Positions 52,518 through 64,000 of a DNA stretch of 64,000 nucleotides are shown in pieces. The notes beneath the pieces were generated by a model, which was not told the DNA's origin, made no database searches, and saw only the letters and a program-made list of their open reading frames with translations. The DNA comes from Eledone cirrhosa. Taxonomy: Eukaryota. The number at the start of each line of letters is the position of its first letter. Position 1 is the first letter of the stretch. Where the stretch lies: positions 277,822,001-277,886,000 of the forward strand of contig OZ024741.1 in assembly GCA_964016885.1 (NCBI GenBank), given 5' to 3'. The translations under genes and the position numbers were made by a program.

Positions 52518-53312
52518 GTAAATTAATAAAATATATTGCATGAAATATTGTAAATGGTTTGGGTACCATTTAGTTGTATCAAAAGGTATGGCAACTCCTG
52601 TCCACTTGACAATGTATGACCATATATAAGCAAGATGCAGACTCTTCAGCCTGCCTGGGAGGTCAGTAGCCTAGCTTCAGTACTGATTGGTCTTTGTAGA
52701 CCTGTCCAACCCTTGCTAGCAGGGAAAGTGGACTTTAAATGATGGTGATGATGTATATAATATTTTTCTTTTTTCTAGAATTGTTACATCGTATCTCTGC
52801 ATGCTGCAAGAGACAACTCTAATGTTAGGTGTGAGGAAAAACATTATCTTCATCATCATTTAATGTCCATTTTACATGCTGGCACTGTCTCTAAAATGCC
52901 ATCCAATCCATGCTAGAATGGAAAAGAAAATGTAAAACAATTGTGATGATGGTGACTTTAAATATATCTCTTGAGATTTATATCATCATTATCATCGTCA
53001 TTTTACATCCTCTTTTCCGTGTTGGTTTGATGTGATTTTGGGGGCAATATACCGCTGGTAGCTCTTTTAGTTGCCCACCCTTTTAGTTGCCTCTAGCAAC
53101 ACACAACACAAATATGCTGTACCTATTGTAAAAACTGGGATCCACACAGGAATAATAATACTTTACTGCTTTCCTCTCTCCTTTTCTTCTTATGTTCTGA
53201 ATTCACCTTCCATCTTCTTGTGTGTCGGCTAACATACTTTGAAGCATGTAGTTATGACCCTTTATGTTGGAGTTCAAATCCTGCTGAGGCTAATTTTGCC
53301 TTACATCCTTAT

Positions 53313-54075
53313 CAGACTCAGACTCAGAAGCTCCCGCGTCTTGCGACGCATGAGGCAATCATAGTGTTCCACCGCATTCGGTCAGCAGCCAGTTGCACAG
53401 CGTCCCGCCATTGTCTGTTTGTCGCTCGCAGGTCCCTCTCAACTGTCTGGCGCCAGTTCATTTTGGGTCGCCCTCCCCGTCTGCTTCCCTGTGGGTTCCA
53501 TTTAAGTACTTGGTTCGCCAGTCTCTCCGGGGGAAGTCTCAAAGCGTGCCCAAACCAGCCCAGGCATCGCTTGCAGATGGCAGAAGAGACTAGCTGCTGG
53601 TTGGTGCGGTTCCTGACTTCCTGGTTTGTTACATGGTCACTCCATTTAATCCCCAGGCTCTTTCGCAGACACCTGGAATCGAATGCGTCCAACTTCTTCT
53701 CTTGGCTGGTCTTAAGGTGCCATGTTTCACTTCCGTACAAGAGTATGGACAGCACGTTGCTGTTGTAGAATCTCATCTTTGTTTTGAGGGTGAACTTCCT
53801 GCTCTTCCAGATCTTGACAAGCTGGTTAAATGCTGCTGAAGCCTTTCCCATTCTACATTGCAATTCACTGTCCATGGCGCCCCCATTGTCAATGGAGCTT
53901 CCTAGGTAGGTGAAGTTGTCCACTATCTCCACCTCCCCCTGTTCAATGAAAACACTAGTTGATGATGGGTGTGTCCCAGATAACATGCTTTTGGTCTTCT
54001 TAGCACTGAAATTGAGACCTAAGCTTCCTGCTTCGACATTGATATTGTTCATAATGATTTGCAGGTCAGCTGTGC
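53313..54075 (-). mobile_element. 5'-truncated RTE-type LINE nested in a SINE
   Basis: Open frame with FTYLGS, LLYGSETW, WFGH and GRPK motifs. (CTGAGT)n tail and TCCTTAT duplication at 53306-53312 and 54076-54082. Confidence 0.92.
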
Positions 54076-55119
54076 TCCTTATGGGGGTTGATAAATTAAA
54101 GTACCGGTAACATACTGGGGTCAATTTAATTGACATTTCCCCTCCCCCAAATTGTTGGCCTTGTGCCTAAATCAGAAACCATTATAGATTTCTAAGGTTG
54201 TCTCAGGTTGTTGTTATGTGCCTGATCGAGATCAGTGATTAGTTTGCACGGGCCACCAACTTGGGCCCCACTTCCCATTAAAGGTGATATTACTTTATAT
54301 CCTTCTGGGAATTGATAAGATAAATACCAGCCAAGTACTCCAAACAAAAATTAAATTACAACTTAAATGGTTCTTATATAAAATTGTGTTGGAAGATATA
54401 AATTTAACCCTTTAGCATTTGCGTTACTCTATACTTGCTATTGTATTTTTGTGGTAAAGGCTTTATCTTACATAATTATTTCACATAATATCGAATCTAC
54501 GAGATTTTGAGAACAATACCTTAACGTCAGTATGAACCACCAGTTACGGTCTGTTTGAACAGAAAGAGGTGAGAGAATTCTGGCTGGATACGTCTAGTTT
54601 AAATTCTAAATGGTTAAATAGAAACCCTGCTAAATTGGTGGTTCTGTTTCTTAGAACCAGTGGCAGTTTTAGCTGGGTTGGTAGCAAAAACGTTAATGAA
54701 GAATTTTGAGGATTTACTACAATCAATATTTCATGACTAAGATAATTATGTTGGTAGTTTAAACTTAAATAGAAACTTTTAAAATGTTTTGTTTCATAGA
54801 ACTAGAGCTGGTTTTGACCAAGTTGGTATCAAAGGAGTTAATCCACATTATAATGCTTATTAACTTTTAAAGTCCTGTACCACGTGAAACCACATTAGCA
54901 AGACTGCATCACATTAAAAATTGAAATTTTTCCTTTAGTTTACTGCAAATTTTTACCATGATCTGTCCATCAGTAAAGAAACTATAAACATTTGAATAAT
55001 AAAAATCAACTATTTTTTAGATATTTTCTGTTAAATCTTTACAGAATCTTATGAATTATTGTCTCTTTATGATAAATTCTCTTGCTTAGATTTGAACCAT
55101 TTGTCATTATTTATTTCAG

Positions 55120-55250
55120 CCCCTAAAACATATAATGCACTGAAAGCAGAACTGGAGGGTCAGTCTCCCAATAACCAAATGACGATCATTGAGAGAATTC
55201 AGAAGTGTAACCATCCCAGTTTAGGGGATGGTAACAAGGCCAAGCTAGAG
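55120..55250 (+). CDS. NOP14: NOP14 exon: PKTYNALKAEL...IIERIQKCNHPSLGDGNKAKLE
   Basis: ERIQKCNHPSL..GNKAKLE motif. Confidence 0.96.
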
Positions 55251-55541
55251 GTATTATACAGAATACACCCATGCATACAAACACTCTCTTTTTCTCTCCC
55301 TCTCTCTATATATATATATAGGATAATAAGGTATCATTTAAGGTAATCCAGCTAGAGGTTTTGAGTACTCTGTGTCGAGGATAGTTTTAACATATGGTGT
55401 TAAACCCTATTATACAGCCAACCATGTTATTCTTCATTCTTTTACTATATATATATGCAAAAGACAAAGAGAAAATAACAAAGCAAACAACACAGTACAA
55501 TGAATATTATTACTTTTACGCTTGCTTTAGTAAAAAAAGAG

Positions 55542-55577
55542 TCTTAACGTTTCGGATGCTAGTCCTTCATCAGCAGA
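55542..55577 (-). ncRNA. Minimal type I hammerhead ribozyme-like motif (other copies 11508-11543 on plus and 19700-19735 on minus)
   Basis: Minus strand reads TCTG CTGATGA A GGA-CTAGCA-TCC GAAA CG TT AAGA. Confidence 0.55.
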
Positions 55578-55750
55578 AAATAGAATGAACAATTAAAAAA
55601 GAAATAAAAAGATTGAGGAGACAGGCAGTGATGGAGATGAAAACAATTTTTAAAGAAAAATAGGTTCATTCATGTTACCATCTCTAATATATATGCAAGC
55701 AGGGAAAAGCGGACGTAAAATGAAATGATGATGATGATGATGATGATGAT

Positions 55751-55785
<35 letters not shown>

Positions 55786-56032
55786 CACACTGTAACATGG
55801 TTGGTGTTAGGAAGGGCATCCAGCTGTAGAAACCAGGCCAAAATACAGATCAGAATGAGTAAGGCATGGGTCACCTGACTTGACTTGTCTGATGTGATAA
55901 CCTGTCACATTGACCAGTACATACACACATATTCTCATGTTGGTCAGCACATACACACACATTCTCACATAGACCGGCCACAGACACACATATATATATA
56001 TTTGTAAATCTCTTTTCTGTCTTCTTCACTAG

Positions 56033-56230
56033 AAATTGTTCACATTTGTGTTGACCTATACCATGGAATTATGTAACCAACAAGATGTAAATCTCTGGCT
56101 TGTTGACCGACTTGTTGTTAAGCTGTTCCAATTAGCACAGTTCTCCCACCAACCTGCTGCCGTTTCTCTATTAGAAGTAATTAAAGTCCGGCAGTCAACA
56201 CTGCTGAAGATCTACCCTGGACTAGACATG
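56033..56230 (+). CDS. NOP14: NOP14 exon: KLFTFVLTY...IYPGLDM
   Basis: In frame, with PGLD motif. Confidence 0.92.
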
Positions 56231-57406
56231 GTAAGATTCCAAAATCATTGTTTTTCTTTTTATTCTTCTTTACATTATTAGGCAAAATTATAACATTCAA
56301 ATTTTTGTTGCCCCCAGTGCCCCCAGCCCTGTGAGTATGTGCCTCATCTTCAAAACTCACTGGTCTAGGGATTTAATGGGAGTTACTTCTCTGACTTATG
56401 TGGTCTGGTTGTAATTGGAGACATCGCTGTATGGTTTAGAAGTGCTTTCTTTTTTTTTTTGTTTGGTTCCAATATAGCCTCAGACCAACCAATGCCTTGT
56501 GAGGGAAATTTGGTAGATGGAAACTGTTTGGAAGCCCATTGTTTATATGTCTGAATGTATGTGTTTGTGTAGACATCTTCACATCCAAAACACTGTTAAT
56601 TCAGTGATATGTTACCATACTGAAAAGTTGGCAACTTGAAGGGCATCTAGCTGAAGAAATCTGCCATGGATAAAGCATTTATGAAGGAGAAGCTGAAATG
56701 ACTGTATAAACTACATCAGTGATTTGTCATTTAGGTAATCCATTCTGTAAGGTGGTCATATTGTTGACACAAGAAAAAGCACCCAGTCCACAGTGAGATG
56801 GTTGTACTGGTGACATGATAAAAAGCACTCAGTCCACACTATAACATGGTTGATTTTAGGAAGGGCATCCAGCTGTAAAACCCAAGCAAAATACAGATGC
56901 GTATGAGCATGAGGTGGTCTCTGTCCTGACTTGTTTCATAACATGACAACTTGTCTCACCCATACAAGCACGGAAAAAGAGACATTAAATGATCATGATG
57001 ATGTAGGAAATTGAAACCATGACGCAGTAAGATGTAGTGAAGGCATTTGGCCTGGTTGTTTGGATCTTAAGCTCATCATCGCAGGGTCATGGATTCAATT
57101 CCTGGATAGGGTGGTACATTATATTCTTGAACAATACACTTCATTTCATATTGCTTTTCTTGATAGGACTGAGGCCACGTCTATCTTTAAAACACCTAAG
57201 AAATTTCCTATGGTAGGTCAGCTAAACCTATTATAAATATGAGCTATAAAAAGCTATGTGATGCTCGTGGGAGGTCAGCTAAACCTGTATGGGTCTGAAC
57301 TGTAAAAAGACAACAAACTGTTGTGGGAGATTTGTTTGGTTCTGTTTTTCTTCATTTTCTTTGTCACTATTAAATACTACAGATCTATATTTTGGTGTTG
57401 TTCTAG

Positions 57407-57508
57407 TTGTTGCTGTTGAAGTTAGTTCCAATTCTGTATCCAGCTTCTGATTTCCGACACTTTGTTTGTACTCCAGCCATGATTTTTATGTCACAGATAC
57501 TTTCTCAG
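57407..57508 (+). CDS. NOP14: NOP14 exon: LLLLKLVPILYPASDFRHFVCTPAMIFMSQILSQ
   Basis: P.SDF.H.V.TPA motif. Confidence 0.95.
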
Positions 57509-58453
57509 GTAAATATATTTTATTTTATTGAATATCAAGCACCAGATCAGATCATGGTTGTGTGTACCCCCATAACTCTGTATGTCAACTAGGTCAGCCT
57601 TATCGAGCAAATCTATGATCAAAGACATTCCAGTTGTGACCATCTATACTGACCAGTTCAGAATAGGTTGCCCATAACTCTGTATGTCGACTAGATATTG
57701 CAGTTTAGACCCAGGTCAGCTTTGATCAATCAAACCTATGATCAAAGACTTTCCATCTGAGATCAGAAGAGATGTGGACTCAAAGCCATAAAGAAGACAG
57801 CTTGTCTAAGATGGATGTAACTCTGAATAAAAGCTGATACATAACAGTAGATCCATCAAATCTCATGTTGAAGTGGACGAAGTCACAACATAAGATTAAC
57901 CAAAGACTGTGCTGTTGTGCAGGAGTTTCATTGCCTATATTGATAAGTGACCCCAAGTAGCTCTGGTGTCATTGACGAAGGGCCCGAAATACCTAGAGAA
58001 TTACTTCATTTGGAGATGGAGTACAATAGCACCCTCAGCACAGATCTGAGTTTACCAAGCAGCAGTGTAGACTGAAGATTTTAGTCCTGACAGGCAACCT
58101 TTCTAGTGCTGGAGGCATGATAAAACACATCTTGTCTAACCAGTAAAACAATGCCAAAATAATGGTTTCTAAATTAGGCACAAGGCCAGCAATTTTGATG
58201 GGAAGGGAAGTCAATTGTATTAACACCAGTACATTACTGGTACTTTATTTTATCAACCCATAAAAGCAAACTTGGCCTTGGAACAGTACCAAAATAATAT
58301 AAGACACAAATATAATGGAAACAATTTCAGGCATAGTTTATCTAGGACTATATTATCGGATGTATCCTTTTTTTAAGATGATAGAGTATGATATGAGGGA
58401 AATTTTGCTGCTATTTCTTGGAGGTTGAATATCCACATAGAGGCTTCTTTAAT

Positions 58454-58735
58454 GGCCAGTGGTATGACTGGTAAACTGGCCAGATCAGGTGTCAATATAG
58501 ATGTTTATTGACCAGTGGTATGATTAGTATACTGGGCAGATCAGGTGTCAATATAGATGGTTATTGACAAGTGGTATGACAAGTACACAGGGTAGATCAG
58601 GTGCCAATATAGATGTTTCTTTTTTGGCCAGTGGTATGACTGGTAAACTGGACTGATGAGGTGATAATATAGAGATTTGTTTGCCAGTGGTATGACTGGT
58701 AAACTGGGTAGATCAGACAACTGTATAGATGTTTC
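58454..58735. repeat. Degenerate tandem repeat of about 55-60 bp, about 5 copies
   Basis: Repeated CCAGTGGTATGACTGGTAAACTGG..AGATCAGGTGTCAATATAGATG. Confidence 0.85.
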
Positions 58736-58991
58736 TTTATAGGTTCATTGTAACTGTTACCTTATTGTGTTTTTTAATTCCAAATGTTTTTACCTTTAAC
58801 CAGACCCAACAGATTCCATCATAGGCAGCCTCCTTTCAGACCCAATAGATTCCATCATAGGCAGCCCCCTTTTCACCTCTTTCAGACCCAACAGATTTAA
58901 TCATAGGCAGTCCCCTTCCATTTCTTCCATTTTTACATGTTTTATATGACTTCCTCCATATTTATAAATAAATCCTCTTGTATATTTTCAG

Positions 58992-59054
58992 TGTATGATA
59001 TCATGTGAGAGAGATGTAGCTGCTGGTTTATTTATCAGTACAATACTGTTGCAG
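58992..59054 (+). CDS. NOP14: NOP14 exon: CMISCERDVAAGLFISTILLQ
   Basis: DV..GLF motif, AG/GT boundaries. Confidence 0.9.
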
Positions 59055-60019
59055 GTAAGCAGGGATCAGGGATTTCTTTCTAACAATGACACAAAGCCAG
59101 CAATTTAGGGGGCAGGGGGAAAATCAATTATATCAACTCCAGTTTTTAACTGGTACTCTATTTTATCAACCGCTGAAGCAGGATTTGAACTCAGTACATA
59201 AAGAGTTTGAGCAAACACCCCCAAAGCATTTGTCTAATAATTCTGCCAATACATTGGCCCCTTAGAAATCTATAATGGTTTCTGATTTAGGCACAGGGCC
59301 AACAATTTGGGGGAAGGGAAAAGTTGATTAAATCAACCTATTTATGTTACTGGTACTTTATCAACCCCATAAGGATAAAAGGCAAAACTAACCTCAGCAG
59401 GATTTGAACTCCAACATAAAGGGTCGTGACGATATGCCGCAAAGTATGTTGACCGGCTCTACCGATACTGCCAATCTATTGTATTCATGGAGCTTTTTTA
59501 TTGAGAAACATAATTGATATATATTTTATATGTATAGATTAAACCTAAATTTAGTATATATCATGAGATTGTGAGTTCGATTCCCAGACCTGGCAATGCG
59601 TTATGTCCTTGAGCAAGACACTGCATTTCATGTTGCTCCTTCTACCTGGAGTTGCGACCGATAGGTTGTATTAGCAATTGGAAAGACCAATGGAAACATT
59701 GTTTCCTCAGTTCAATTTGATGAAAGTCGATCGTTCCTAGTATATATATATATATATGAAAATCTTAATTAATTAATTAACTATGTTAATTAGTCTAATT
59801 TCCTAATTATGATGAAACCACAGTCTGGACAAAATGCAGGTAAAATTATATATTTTTCTTTGAATATATTTTTTGTTTACTATGTACTTAATAGTATTGT
59901 ACCTAAATATAATTTTGTATAAATAATGCTCTGTAAAATACAGATTCAAGCCTCTACAAAGCATATTTGAGCTGTTTTATGGTATAATATGATTGAAATA
60001 ATTTTATTTTAATCCACTT

Positions 60020-60068
<49 letters not shown>

Positions 60069-60238
60069 GGATTTTGTGTAGGAACAGAGTAAAATACAGT
60101 AATCTATATATTAAGTAGAGAGAGACATTCCTGTGATTTTGACCAAATAAAACAGTGCTAGTCCTGTAGAAAGGATTTCTATCTGAAATAAATTATATAA
60201 ATATATATATATGTGTGTGTGTGTGTGTGTTCTTTCAG

Positions 60239-60329
60239 TGTGTCTCCATATCCAAAAGATATATACCAGAAGTAATGAACTTCCTCTATGCTGTCCTCAC
60301 TTTAGCCACAGTTGAACGTTGCAGTATCA
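60239..60329 (+). CDS. NOP14: NOP14 exon: CVSISKRYIPEVMNFLYAVLTLATVERCSI
   Basis: SKR..PE..NFL motif. Confidence 0.93.
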
Positions 60330-60385
60330 GTAAGTCTCTATTTCTCTCTTTCTCTCTCATACACACACACACACATATATATATA

Positions 60386-60474
60386 TAGGGTGTCCCAAAA
60401 ATGTATACACAGCTGGATTACTTGTACAGGCAATATTTATGGTGTATGGTGTATACATTTTTTGGGACACCCTG
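60386..60474. mobile_element. About 89-bp TA-flanked MITE, Tc1/mariner-like termini
   Basis: AGGGTGTCCCAAAAATGTATACAC inverted repeats flanked by TA. Confidence 0.8.
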
Positions 60475-61430
60475 TATCATCATCATCATTTTACGTCCGC
60501 TTTTCCCTGCTTGCAAGGGTGGGACGGGAACTGATTCTGACTTGATTTCTATAACTGGATGCCCTTCCTAACACCAACCTCATTTACAGTGAGTGCTGGG
60601 TGCTTTTTTGCAGTGGAATGATATGGACCCCAGTCCCTCATCTCATTTCTACAGCTGAATAAACTGAAGCAATGTGAAATAAAGTGTCTTGCTCATGGAA
60701 ACAACATCACCCGGTCTGAGAATTGAACTCACAACCTTTCGATTGCAAGGCCAATGCTCTAACCATTAAGACATGCGCCTCCATATATGTGTGTGTGTGT
60801 GTGTATTATAGTAGTATAGTTAATATGTAATAAATGACTAATAAGTATTTCAAAAAGCCAGTATAATGCAGTAGAAATATATAAAGGGAAAAGGGTGACA
60901 AATAAAACAAAACAAAGTAATGTTTTTCTTACCCAGTATATTTCAACATAATATTTCAAGGTTATTATAAACAAATGATATGTTCTTCCCTAACAGAAGA
61001 ACACATTGTTTGTTTTCGTTTTTGCATTTGAAAAGAGAGTACCAACCCTACAATATACTGGGTAAAAAAAACACTATTTTGTTTTGTTTTATTTGTCATC
61101 CTTTGCCCTTTATATATTTCTATTGCATTGTACTGACTTTCTGAAATACTTATCAGTCATGTATATATATGTATATGTGCATGTGTGTAGTTCTATTGCT
61201 ACAATAGAATGTACTCAGCTCACACAGTAAAATACAACTGCTAGTGTCATGTAAAATGCACCCAGTTCACCCTGTAAGCTGATTGGTGTTAGAAAGGACA
61301 TTGAGCCTTAGAAACATATGGAATGTAATGAGCAAGATGCAATGCCTCTTCACAAATTTTTCAACATGACAAAGACCATAGTAATAATAATAATAATGAT
61401 AATTGTTTCTCTATCTGTCTCTTCTCAAAG

Positions 61431-61509
61431 AATCTTTAGTATTCTTGCCACCTTTCCAAATATCTAACTGTCGACCAGGGCTTCTACGAATCACAGATCA
61501 GATGCACAG
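61431..61509 (+). CDS. NOP14: NOP14 exon: SLVFLPPFQISNCRPGLLRITDQMH
   Basis: Phase 1 to phase 2, open frame, PF motif. Confidence 0.82.
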
Positions 61510-62831
61510 GTAAATATTCTTTTGATCTTTTATTTTTTTTTTTTACCATGAGTCATGGGGGCAGGGTCCTCCAGCACACATTTCAGCAGGTCCTGTTAGA
61601 AGCAACTCCCCCAATTGATCTGGCTGGACCCCCAAGCGAGACCAGACGAACTCATGGATGTTATCCAACCATCTTGCTTATGGTAACCCCTGGGTCACCT
61701 GCCAGTTGGTTTTGCCCGTAAAATTTGTCCAGAGATTCTTTCCTGAGACATTCCAACCACAAGTCCATAATATCAGAGCTGTGATCTCTCAATTTAGAGA
61801 AGTAGCAGCTCTACCTTCCCCAGCAGGTTGGTCTCCCATGAAGTAATTGGCCATACAAAAAAAACTGTCATTACCTTTTTCCTGACATCATGGTCTCTCA
61901 TAGGAAGTAATTGACTTGAAAAAAAATAATCATGAACATTCTCAAATGATTATCATCATCATCATATACCACCCATTTTCCACGCTTGCATGGGTTAGAT
62001 TAGTTGTCGTGTTATGAGACAAGTCAGGCCAGGACACTATGTCTTGCTCATACAGATCTAAAATACTAACTGAAATATTTTCATGAAGTTTCATACCCTG
62101 CTGTAAGCAAAAATATGAATTAGGAGAAAATATAATCAACTCCAGAGTTTATATAGTCATATCTGGTACATATTTCATCAATCTCATTTTGTTGAACTGC
62201 TAAGTTACAAGATGTAAACAAAGAGTAAACATAAATACACACACAAGTGGTACACATGTACCAAGTCAAGTCTGCACTCAATCAGACGAGGAGGAGTCAC
62301 ATTCCTACACTTGACAGAGTGTACTGGGTGTATTTGTGGCACCACCACTAGAAGCGTTGTCATGCCTTTGACACAACTGGAGAGTCCTCTCAATACTTTT
62401 GGGCATGGTTTTTATAGCAGGATGCCATTGTAAACACCAACCTATTTAGAGAATGTCCTGCATGCATTCTATTGTGGTACCAGCACTAGATGGGTTGGTA
62501 TGTCCTTTACACAACTGGAGAATCCTCTCAACATTTTTGGCATCGTTTCTACAGTTGGATGCCATTTTTAACACCAGCCACTTTACAGAGTGTTCTGGAT
62601 GCATTTTATTGTGGCAACAGCATTAGAAAGATTGTCATGCTCTTGACATAATTGGAGAATCCTCTCAACACTTTTGGCATGGTTTCTATTGTGGATTGCC
62701 CTTCTTAACATCAACCACTTTACATTTTATCATGGCACTAGCACTAAGGAGATTGTCATGTTTGTAAAGGTTTAACATTTTTGTTTGTCTTGTTTAGTAA
62801 TATTTTTCTCGTTTTCTTTTTTTTTTTTCAG

Positions 62832-63047
62832 TGAAAGTGTTAAACCAATAAAGCTAAGCTGGCTTGTGGTCAGGGACGGCTGTAAAACGGCGAAGACGAA
62901 GAAGACTAATGACAGTGATAAGGATATTGTTAATAATGAGAACAACTGCAGTAGTAACAATAATAATGATATAGATAAAGATGATAATGAGGATGACATC
63001 AATAACCAAGAAAAAGACACAGTGTCATTAGATAGTAATGAATTTAG
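62832..63047 (+). CDS. NOP14: NOP14 exon with N/D-rich stretch (gene continues past the window)
   Basis: T-tract cag| and AG|gtaagt boundaries, phase 2 to phase 2. Confidence 0.8.
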
Positions 63048-63714
63048 GTAAGTCCTCAATTATTTCTTTTTAACATCCATTCTCTCAACATCATCATCAT
63101 CCTTTTAATAAATGTAATTCCTGTTTTAGCTTTCTCTTTATTTTTCTCTCACACACACAGACTCTTACCATCTTCTTTCCATAAAAACTTGTTACACTGT
63201 AGGTTTTAAAAATATATATTTTGGTAATACCACTGCTGCTTCTCTCTTTCTCTGATACACACTCTTACCATCCCCTTTCCATAAAGACATCAAATTAAAA
63301 GAATAATGTTTCAGTGTGGCTGTCACCATATATATACACACGAAGGCATGCCATTAGTTACTATTGCTAAAACAAACTTGAGAACATGTATTTGTGATGA
63401 TGTGTATGTGTGTACATTCATATATAAATATATATATATCTCACAAGATCAATATATCTATATGCTGTATATATAATTTCTACGCAGATTAAGTGCCATA
63501 CATGTAGCTGTAGGTTTACTGCGGGAGTTTTGTACATTATACTCAAGCCTACCAAGTTTTACACCAATTTTCCAACCAATTGTCTCTCAGCTTAATAATC
63601 TACCTACAAATAAATACCCACAGGTAATTCAGGTGAGTGCATTTTTATTCCTCCTTCCCTCCCTTTCTTCCTTCCTTTCTTTTCTTACTTGTCTCTCCTC
63701 AGTCTTCTTAACAA

Positions 63715-64000
63715 CAACAACAGCTACTAATGACCAGATCAGCAAAGCTTTGGACAATCTGGGAAGTAAGTAAATCTTGACTTTCTGGGGCTGGACCTAC
63801 CAAACTTGCTATCTTCAATTCAATATTCGTGCCAACCATTACCTATGGTCATGAATCTTGGGTAATGACCGAAAGAATACGTTTGCGAATACAAGCAGCC
63901 GAAATGGAGTTCCTCCAAAAGATCTTTGGAGTAACATTACTCAATAGAGAGTGTGTAGCTCGGAGATCAGAGAGCTGCTCAAAGTAGAGTCACTACATTT
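63715..64000 (+). mobile_element. RTE-clade LINE fragment
   Basis: Translates to ...IFNSIFVPTITYGHESWVMTERIRLRIQAAEMEFL... Confidence 0.85.

Overview
AT-rich, repeat-dense animal genomic DNA, probably a coleoid cephalopod such as Octopus (inferred from repeat content only). I reconstructed two intron-rich + strand genes by hand. The first is PUS1 (TruA-family pseudouridine synthase, about 9.6-31.1 kb). The second is the 5' part of NOP14 (about 36.6 kb to beyond the window end). A degraded Tx1/L1-like LINE lies between them. PUS1 splicing is the most unusual feature. One U12-type donor (GTATCCTTT, 21811) faces two paralogous downstream exons, each with its own U12-like branch point, predicting two C-termini (about 422 aa and 487 aa). 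The gene also needs a rare AT-AC intron with U2-type signals (12938-14065). Two in-frame start codons flank a putative mitochondrial presequence. Introns carry RTE LINE fragments, SINEs, TTAA- and TA-flanked MITEs, a solo LTR, a 29-bp minisatellite, long hairpins and three minimal hammerhead-like motifs. All coordinates were counted by eye, and no searches were run.
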